64,000 bases of DNA from Patescibacteria group bacterium (GTDB taxonomy: Bacteria > Patescibacteriota > Doudnabacteria > UBA920 > O2-02-FULL-48-8): NCBI GenBank assembly GCA_036278915.1, contig DASUKB010000001.1:301186-365185 (forward strand), in the 5' to 3' direction. Below the pieces are notes generated by a model that was given only the letters and a program-made list of their open reading frames with translations, searched no databases and was not told where the DNA came from. The position numbers and the translations under genes are program-made. Below are positions 57,897-64,000 of the stretch, one piece after another (the first letter of the stretch is position 1; each line of letters starts with the position of its first letter).

Positions 57897-58252
57897 TTAT
57901 CGCATGGAATAGGAGTTGGCTCGGGTGCGGGCGCCATGGGACCCGGTCCGACTATTACTGTGCCTGCACTTCCCGCATTCTCACAACCAGGCAAATATGT
58001 GCGCACAAAATACATATTGCTGTTTGCAGTCTGTACGATCTCCCCGCCTTCCTGCGGGAACGCAAAGTCCGTATTGAAAACTCGTACCAGACAGGGTTCG
58101 CCCAATATATTGCCCTGATTTGAAGCGCCCAAACCATCGGCATCTGTAAATACCGGAAACGCAAAGATGACAAGACTTGCGCACAATACGCCGACCGCAG
58201 TCATCTTGAAGTTTTTCAAAATCATAAATTTCCAGTTAATTATCCAGCCCAT
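57893..58252 (-). CDS. Small secreted hypothetical protein (start uncertain between 58204 and 58348)
   Basis: Signal-peptide-like MTAVGVLCASLVIFAFPVFTDA; Pro-rich C-terminus. Confidence 0.4.
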   Translation of the reverse strand: MGWIINWKFMILKNFKMTAVGVLCASLVIFAFPVFTDADGLGASNQGNILGEPCLVRVFNTDFAFPQEGGEIVQTANSNMYFVRTYLPGCENAGSAGTVIVGPGPMAPAPEPTPIPCDN

Positions 58253-58561
58253 TGTCGCGCAATTCTTAATTGTGTGATATTGGAACATCGCACGAGACCC
58301 GGTAAACAAAAAACGCCTCATATGAGGGCGTCTTTTGTTTGGGCTCAAACTTCTTCGTCTACATCGGACGAGTGCTTCCGGGCGTTTGTATCCTCGGAAT
58401 TCATATCTTTGTCTTCTGGCATATGCCTCCTGTCTGCCATTGGCAGAATTAATGCTTTATTATTTAAGCTGATTGGAAATTTTTGAGGAATGATTTAGTT
58501 TGCACAAAAAAAATTTGAATGGCAACATTTTCTTGTAGTTTAATTCCGAAGCTGTTAATAA

Positions 58562-58590
58562 ACCAAAAAGCAGCTAAAGACTGCTTTTTG
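58562..58590. terminator. Bidirectional hairpin terminator
   Basis: CCAAAAAGCAGctaaagaCTGCTTTTTGG. Confidence 0.5.
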
Positions 58591-58685
58591 GTTTGCCTAA
58601 CCGCAGTTTGACTTTTGCTTGAAGTTCCAAACCTTCGGCTTGCAAGTCCTTCATCCTGTTCCAGATTTCAATAAATCGATCCTGC

Positions 58686-58778
58686 CTATTCCTCATTCAT
58701 CTCCTGTGAGTTTGAGGAACCACTGTCGGAACTCTGCGATCGACTGCGTTTGTTCTTGGCACCTTTGGTTCTGGCCAT
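58686..58778 (-). CDS. Possible 30-aa basic/Ser-rich peptide with strong SD
   Basis: GGGAGGTG-N6-ATG; MARTKGAKNKRSRSQSSDSGSSNSQEMNEE; terminator downstream. Confidence 0.25.
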   Translation of the reverse strand: MARTKGAKNKRSRSQSSDSGSSNSQEMNEE

Positions 58779-59265
58779 AAGAATCACCTCCCAAATTGAT
58801 TAATGGTTGTAGTTGCCATTTAATACTATCCGGTTATAATTTGATATAAGTTAAGTATCCAAGCCCATCCACGGATTTGTTTTAGAATATTTTTCGCAGC
58901 TGTACAAAAAGCTGAACTACTGTTTATAAAAGGCCTTATCCAGTAATATGGCCGATTTGTTTACTGTTTTTTGTGGAGCGCATGGTTTTACCTGCCCCAG
59001 ACGCAATCCTTCCCATTTTAGCAATTCTTCGTTGCAGTTTGGCCGGAATTGGCGTAAAGAAAAGGCTTTTTTTGGACATAGTATTCCTTTTGGTTAATTT
59101 AGTTTATGATAAGTGGTCCGGATAAATTTTTAAATACGCACTTCTTCCAATCGCGACCAAATCAAAACTAAAAAGATGCGTCCTATTACAGCCCAAAATT
59201 CTAATGTTTGACTCTGCCAAAGCTTTGTGTCAGCATTATTATGGGACCGAGCCAAGGGGGTAACA

Positions 59266-59447
59266 TGAGAAATTACATAAGCAACTTGCTGCTTACCTTG
59301 GGGATTTGTCTGATCTTGGAAGCACTGTTGACCATATTTGCCGTAAACTTTATGCCACACAGCGTGAAGGTTTACGGATACTTTTCCCTTGCCCTGGGAT
59401 TTGTCGTGACATCCATAACAAATCCAGGCCCAAACCGGAGGACCTAA
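59266..59447 (+). CDS. Small two-TM membrane protein (60 aa)
   Basis: SD AAGGGGGT-N3-ATG; hydrophobic MRNYISNLLLTLGICLILEALLTIFAVNF...; terminator cluster downstream. Confidence 0.35.
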
Positions 59448-59467
59448 TCACGCGAAGTTGCGATTAA

Positions 59468-59551
59468 CCGCTTTCTTTTCTAGAAAAGAAAGCGGTATTC
59501 TGCCGCGATCGCGGCAAAGCAAAACCAGCCATTTCTGGCTGGTTTAATTTT
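59468..59551. terminator. Cluster of three consecutive perfect hairpins (terminators)
   Basis: CCGCTTTCTTTTCtagaAAAGAAAGCGG; TGCCGCGATCGCGGCA; AACCAGCCatttcTGGCTGGTTtaatttt. Confidence 0.5.
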
Positions 59552-59705
59552 AGCGTTTGCTGAATTGAAGCGACCGACTTGCTCTTTTAGGATGTAATAG
59601 TGCGAGCTTACCGCTTAGAGAATTGCGGTGATGCACTCGCCCTTTGGGCATCAGAATTGCTTGTGTATTGCTTTGGTAAATAGCTACCGTGAGAGCAGTA
59701 TAAAG

Positions 59706-59891
59706 CTATTGTCGGGAGGTGTCAAATGCTTTCTGTGACTTAATTGGGGATAATTTGTCGGGACGTTTTTTAGCAATTAATCCCATTTCACGAGCATACT
59801 TTAGATAGCGAGTAACTACGCGTTTATGGGGAGTTTTGCCCGTCAACGTCGGAGGCAGCAATTTAACGATCTCCGTTTCTGATAAGCCCAT
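59706..59891 (-). CDS. Small HTH DNA-binding protein (excisionase/regulator-like) next to the integrase. Start at internal Met; the ORF extends to 59948
   Basis: MGLSETEIVKLLPPTLTGKTPHKRVVTRYLKYAREMGLI HTH-like; overlaps integrase ORF if the long start is used. Confidence 0.45.
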   Translation of the reverse strand: MGLSETEIVKLLPPTLTGKTPHKRVVTRYLKYAREMGLIAKKRPDKLSPIKSQKAFDTSRQ

Positions 59892-59908
59892 TTGCCGATA
59901 TTTAACAG

Positions 59909-60859
59909 TTAATTTGATATTTTCAATGTTTTTAGGTCTGCCTTGCATATGGGCGTATTATAGACCGTTTTTGTCGGGGATGCAACGAGCATCCTGTTGA
60001 AAACTATTCGGTGCTGATCCTTGGCTCTGTCGATATCCAAGGCAGCATAATGCTTAAGAGTAGTCCGTTCGGACTTATGCCGGGCCAAATGCTGAACAGT
60101 CCGGATGTCCGTTTGATTCATCAAAAGCCAAGTGCAGAATGTTTTGCGTAAAATATGGAACCGCACCCGTTTTTTGAAACGCAGCTCTAAAACCACGCGG
60201 CGGAAATATCCCTTGGCTGAAGTATATGTCAGCCGGCCGCCGTCATTGCCGCGAAACAAATAATCCTCATCGTCCAGCCGGCCGCGGATATATCGATCCA
60301 GCCAAGCCTTAGCCCGTTCGGATAACAATACTTTTTCCGGTTGCTTGGATTTGCAATTGATAATTTTAACCTCATTATTTGTCCAATCAATATCCTGCTT
60401 ATTCAATGGCAGGGCCTCACCAATGCGCATGCCCGTGGCGACCAGTAATTCTATAAGCGCGCGCATACGCAGCTCCTCAATCCGGGTCGGGTTAAACGAT
60501 TCAAGCAGCGTTTCAAATTCCTCAGGAGTCAAATACTCGGGTGCTGGCCCGGCCGGCCCGCGAGGAATTTTTATATCTCGCCAATGGCAGGGGAGATTTG
60601 GTATACCCGATTCGTACAGGAAACGCCAATACACGCGGAAAACTGAAACTGTCCGTTGCGATCCATAGGCCCCATGCATCCGGCCGGAATGGATTATTCG
60701 GGCCAGATGAACCACCCGAAATTCCGAAACATCCATATCACCCACCGCCTCCGCAATTGCCTCCTCCAAAAATCTTTTGTTTTCTCTTATTGTTTTCGGT
60801 GATCTGCCAATTTTCCGCAGATAAACTAAAAAGTCCTCAAAGTGTTCTTTGATCATCAT
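59909..60859 (-). CDS. Tyrosine-type site-specific recombinase/integrase
   Basis: R (LVATGMRIGEAL), H-x-x-R (HILRKTF), HKSERTTLKHY catalytic Tyr region; N-terminal SAM-like domain. Confidence 0.85.
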   Translation of the reverse strand: MMIKEHFEDFLVYLRKIGRSPKTIRENKRFLEEAIAEAVGDMDVSEFRVVHLARIIHSGRMHGAYGSQRTVSVFRVYWRFLYESGIPNLPCHWRDIKIPRGPAGPAPEYLTPEEFETLLESFNPTRIEELRMRALIELLVATGMRIGEALPLNKQDIDWTNNEVKIINCKSKQPEKVLLSERAKAWLDRYIRGRLDDEDYLFRGNDGGRLTYTSAKGYFRRVVLELRFKKRVRFHILRKTFCTWLLMNQTDIRTVQHLARHKSERTTLKHYAALDIDRAKDQHRIVFNRMLVASPTKTVYNTPICKADLKTLKISN

Positions 60860-60908
60860 ATGGGTACAATAAAACCCAATGTCTCCATTGGGCGGATTAA
60901 TATTTTAT

Positions 60909-61142
60909 CTAACGCACAAGTTCGCGCATCAGTTCCTTGCCAGCCGGACTATCCGCTGGGATCATGGTTGGGTTTTTGCATTTGGGGCAGATTTTCTGTT
61001 TGTTGGAGATCCTCCAGATCGAATAAAGCAATCCCGGCAGAATGATGAAAAGCCAAAGCACCAGCTCAACGGCAAAACTGCCCGGGGTCTTTTTTATCGG
61101 CTTTCCCACATAATGGCATGTGGTGCAAATCATTTGCGGCAT
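60909..61142 (-). CDS. Small membrane protein with zinc ribbon (CTTCHY...CPKCKN) and one TM helix
   Basis: CxxC...CxxC with central hydrophobic helix LVLWLFIILPGLLYSIW. Confidence 0.45.
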   Translation of the reverse strand: MPQMICTTCHYVGKPIKKTPGSFAVELVLWLFIILPGLLYSIWRISNKQKICPKCKNPTMIPADSPAGKELMRELVR

Positions 61143-61225
61143 AGATAGATTATTCCTATTAATTGCTTTAGCCTAAGCTTAGATTGAAATCGGAAGCTTT
61201 GTCAAGTCATAGAAAAATGGGGATG

Positions 61226-61456
61226 CTATAAAGCGTCCCCATTGAACTGCGCCACCCGGCGCATTTGGTTATCCTTTGCGCGTTGGACGCGCTGCAGGAT
61301 GTGGATAATTTCCGGCAATGTTCGGTTACCGAAAATATGATGGAGCATGTTGTGGCGTTCAATGCGAATCAAAAGCAGATTCCATCGCTCGTCACTGCTG
61401 CCATATCGCGACCGAGGTATCATGTGGTGCCGGTTTCGCCCCTTAAGCACCATCAT
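61226..61456 (-). CDS. Small HNH-endonuclease-like protein
   Basis: HHMIPRSRYGSSDERWNLLLIRIERHNMLHHIFG (HNH-like H...N...H spacing). Confidence 0.5.
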   Translation of the reverse strand: MMVLKGRNRHHMIPRSRYGSSDERWNLLLIRIERHNMLHHIFGNRTLPEIIHILQRVQRAKDNQMRRVAQFNGDAL

Positions 61457-61685
61457 CCTCCCGGGCCGCGAGCTGCTTGCGATGCCGTTTTAGCGGTTCA
61501 CGCAAAGCCTTCAGAGGCATTGCCGGCATCCCTTGCATTTGCCGGGCAAAGTCGTAATTCATCAGGCCCTCACAATCCGGACAGAAGTCGAACACGATCG
61601 GAAAGATGAACTGGCCCTTGCATTCGGCGAACACTGCGCGGCAAACCAGGCAGACCAGATCAGTATGGCTGCACCTTTTTTCCAT
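61443..61685 (-). CDS. Small Cys-rich (zinc-finger-like) hypothetical protein
   Basis: CLVCR...C....CPDC pattern. Confidence 0.4.
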   Translation of the reverse strand: MEKRCSHTDLVCLVCRAVFAECKGQFIFPIVFDFCPDCEGLMNYDFARQMQGMPAMPLKALREPLKRHRKQLAAREDDGA

Positions 61686-61687
61686 GG

Positions 61688-61888
61688 CTACCTCGCTTCA
61701 TCCGGCACGTAGTTTTTGCCGGTTTTGACCCGGTAATCCTCGACGCAGGCTTTGTGAACGATCTGCCCATCGATGATCAGCGTCTTGCCGCACGCCATCA
61801 TCCAATCCGAAACGCGTTTCTCGCAAATCGCGCAATGTACTGGATCCATATTGTCCTCCTCACAAGATTTCGCCACTCCGGCCAGCAT
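61688..61888 (-). CDS. Small Cys/His-rich (zinc-finger-like) hypothetical protein
   Basis: HCAICEK...ACGK...HKAC pattern. Confidence 0.35.
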   Translation of the reverse strand: MLAGVAKSCEEDNMDPVHCAICEKRVSDWMMACGKTLIIDGQIVHKACVEDYRVKTGKNYVPDEAR

Positions 61889-61924
61889 ATGAGGATGGCC
61901 GGAATAACCAAATTTTGTAACAAG

Positions 61925-62356
61925 TCAGGGATTGTAATAACCGAGGATGGTAGGATCGCCAATGGCAACCTGCCGGCCCGCCGTTATCCGCCCGTGACTA
62001 TAATTTGATTCAATGAGAATAAGCTTTCCATTTGAGATCGCGGTAATCACCGCCACATGGCCGTAACTGAATATCACCACGCTGTTAATCTCAGGCGTAT
62101 AAGTCCGGGGCAGCAGATCTCCGCCATAGCCCCATCTCCCCGTCAGTCCGAGATAATGCTTTGCGAACTCAACGCAATTGCCGGCATAACTCTTTGCCGC
62201 AATTTTGGCCCGGGTTTGGGCCACGTAGTCGGCTTGCAACTGGATAACAACTCCCGGATCTGGCCGGTAAAGCGTCTGTTCGGGACTGAGCGGATCAATA
62301 TAATTGATCTTAAGTTGTGTAACTTTTTGCGCTTTGGCATTGATAGGCAGAATCAA
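61925..62356 (-). CDS. CHAP-domain peptidoglycan hydrolase (endolysin-like), TTG start
   Basis: Conserved Cys (GNCVEFAKHY) and His (GHVAVI) of the CHAP domain; TATAAT just upstream. Confidence 0.7.
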   Translation of the reverse strand: MILPINAKAQKVTQLKINYIDPLSPEQTLYRPDPGVVIQLQADYVAQTRAKIAAKSYAGNCVEFAKHYLGLTGRWGYGGDLLPRTYTPEINSVVIFSYGHVAVITAISNGKLILIESNYSHGRITAGRQVAIGDPTILGYYNP

Positions 62357-62478
62357 ACTTATGATTAGAACGAATTTTAAGAACTTTATATTATACTCAC
62401 AGATTGCTTTCGCACCGCATCATTTTGCCGATGTTGGCAAAATGATCTCCCTCGCACTTAGCAATTAAGAATAAATAT

Positions 62479-62670
62479 TTAGTTTTGCCAGTTATATGCC
62501 TTTTCAATGGCAAGAAGTCCGCCCGAAATAAAGGCCGTCAACAGAGCCAAGCCTAATTTCTTCAAGTCAGTCGCACCAATTCCCACCGAAAGCAACACAC
62601 CAACTGAACCCAATCCGCCGGCGACGAACCCCTTTATAAACCGCATGACTACTGATTCCAATTTTGTCAT
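62479..62670 (-). CDS. Holin-like small two-TM membrane protein
   Basis: 63 aa, two Gly-rich TM helices, adjacent to CHAP hydrolase. Confidence 0.45.
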   Translation of the reverse strand: MTKLESVVMRFIKGFVAGGLGSVGVLLSVGIGATDLKKLGLALLTAFISGGLLAIEKAYNWQN

Positions 62671-62700
62671 ATATTTTTTCCTTTCCTAATTCCGACCTTT

Positions 62701-63603
62701 TTAAACAGGATAAACAATCCGCGGCGCATCATCAGGCACTTCGTATTGCTTTTTTAAATCCTCAAACATTGCATCCGACTTTGCCCAGAACACCGTGTCC
62801 GTAAATATTCCATCTCCATCTACAGAAACCAAAACTCCTAACTTGCCGCCCTTCTGAACAATGTAACGCGCTATCATATTGCTCCTTTTTAGCAGGATAT
62901 ATGCATTTTTAAAGATATATCCCGAGTTAAAATAATTTTCTCTAATGTGGTGTTCAAAATGCCCCGATTGCGCACCAACAAAACTTGAATCGGTTATTAT
63001 GCATTTTTGGCCATCTTTACAGATGTGGTAACCCTTGCCCGACAAACAATGGCCTTCACCGCCGGCATTGGGCGAGGGTGGATTTGGATAGGTATAGTCC
63101 TCCCAGCCGGTATTGCCGATAGCCAGACCAAAGGTAACATTGCCAAAGTCCCTTATTGCTTGTGCAATTTGTTCTATTGTTCCGTTGGTATCAAAATAGC
63201 TTTTTTCGCGGTTAACCAGTGCCTGCGCCGGATTTTGTCCGTTTTTATCCCGCATATTTATCGGATTTTTCGGTTCCGGGTCAGGCAATTGATCTAGTGT
63301 TTGTTGCCCATATTTACAGATCCAATTGGGCCCATCGGCAAGGTTGGCACCTTGTCCCGGTTCCGGGAAGGCAATATTACTGAATAAACTTTTTACCGAA
63401 AACTGCTTCTGCTCTAGCCGCCAATGCACCTTGCTGTTGCCCTCACCCACACAGTCATCGGCAGTATGCTGGTTAGTATCGGGAGGGCGCGGCAAGATTA
63501 CAGGCTTATTCCAATCAATAGGCGCAACCGACGAAGCTACAAAACTTAGTTTATAGTTACGCGGATCGCGTATTCCTTCTTTTGCTCCAGGTTTTAATTC
63601 CAT
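62701..63603 (-). CDS. Hypothetical protein, possibly a papain/CHAP-like cysteine peptidase (second lytic enzyme?)
   Basis: PIDWNKPV....DDCVGEG and later GH... motifs loosely resembling cysteine peptidase Cys/His; low confidence. Confidence 0.35.
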   Translation of the reverse strand: MELKPGAKEGIRDPRNYKLSFVASSVAPIDWNKPVILPRPPDTNQHTADDCVGEGNSKVHWRLEQKQFSVKSLFSNIAFPEPGQGANLADGPNWICKYGQQTLDQLPDPEPKNPINMRDKNGQNPAQALVNREKSYFDTNGTIEQIAQAIRDFGNVTFGLAIGNTGWEDYTYPNPPSPNAGGEGHCLSGKGYHICKDGQKCIITDSSFVGAQSGHFEHHIRENYFNSGYIFKNAYILLKRSNMIARYIVQKGGKLGVLVSVDGDGIFTDTVFWAKSDAMFEDLKKQYEVPDDAPRIVYPV

Positions 63604-63604
63604 A

Positions 63605-63922
63605 TTATTTTTTTAATACTGAATAGAGAATATAATCCCCAATAATATTGAGAATAATTAACGCTCCGGTTACCAGCCAACGGAATCGTTCCATGGCTCG
63701 CAATCTAGTTTCATGATCTGGGGATGGATCCTCCTCACGCAAGGTTTTTATCGCATCATTAAATTCCCGTCTAGTCACGAAGTCGGTTTTTATTTCTCGG
63801 ATATCCAATTTGATCTCGGCGATGCTTTGTTTGATATTAGCCGTCTCATTGGTATTAACCGCCAAGGAGGACTTGATATCGGATAATTCTTTTAGCACCG
63901 TTGTATGTTGTTCTTGATCCAT
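63605..63922 (-). CDS. XhlA-like (phage haemolysin/lysis accessory) coiled-coil protein with C-terminal TM
   Basis: N-terminal coiled coil then single C-terminal TM (WLVTGALIILNIIGDYILYSV); position in lysis cassette. Confidence 0.4.
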   Translation of the reverse strand: MDQEQHTTVLKELSDIKSSLAVNTNETANIKQSIAEIKLDIREIKTDFVTRREFNDAIKTLREEDPSPDHETRLRAMERFRWLVTGALIILNIIGDYILYSVLKK

Positions 63923-64000
63923 TAGGCTATATCCTTATTTTGAGCGATAATTGCAATTCCATCTCCGCCAGTAACACCGTCAGCTGCAGTAGTATCAGTA
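63923..64000 (-). CDS. C-terminal fragment of an upstream gene (partial, runs off the window)
   Basis: In-frame ...TDTTAADGVTGGDGIAIIAQNKDIA* ending with TAA at 63923-63925. Confidence 0.25.

Overview
Mostly housekeeping genes from a small-genome bacterium. Native genes lack Shine-Dalgarno sequences, products are small and an RNase P RNA is present, so a CPR/Patescibacteria-like origin is plausible, though I cannot confirm phylum. Core content: ftsEX, rplI, pyrG, rpmA, gltX, def-fmt, secDF, secA, msrAB, hpf, murB-murC-(patatin)-murG, two GT4 genes and a WbaP-like sugar transferase, typA, ppa, mnmA, htpX, lemA, tRNA-Gln and rnpB. Items worth a second look: (1) tandem paralogous secreted clan GH-A glycoside hydrolases, one carrying an NPCBM domain, both sharing a C-terminal domain of unknown function; (2) a three-gene module of a VirD4/TraG-like ATPase with no TM segment, a membrane-anchored protein, and a sigma70 region-4 + HARE-HTH DNA-binding protein; (3) a family of about 50-bp GC-rich palindromic repeats, one copy inserted in-frame inside mnmA; (4) a promoter-uORF-terminator leader upstream of secA with duplicated terminator halves; (5) several GC-rich, hairpin-dense non-coding stretches that look like structured RNAs, including a 560-bp region upstream of typA; (6) GC-rich genes with strong SD sequences (DHS-like homospermidine-synthase-type gene next to speH, a small island beside tRNA-Gln, a hypothetical at 52 kb) in a genome whose native genes lack SD; (7) an integrase plus phage-type lysis module (CHAP peptidase, holin-like, XhlA-like) running to the window end; (8) a recurring AATTAGAAATT intergenic motif. 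No CRISPR array or rRNA was seen.
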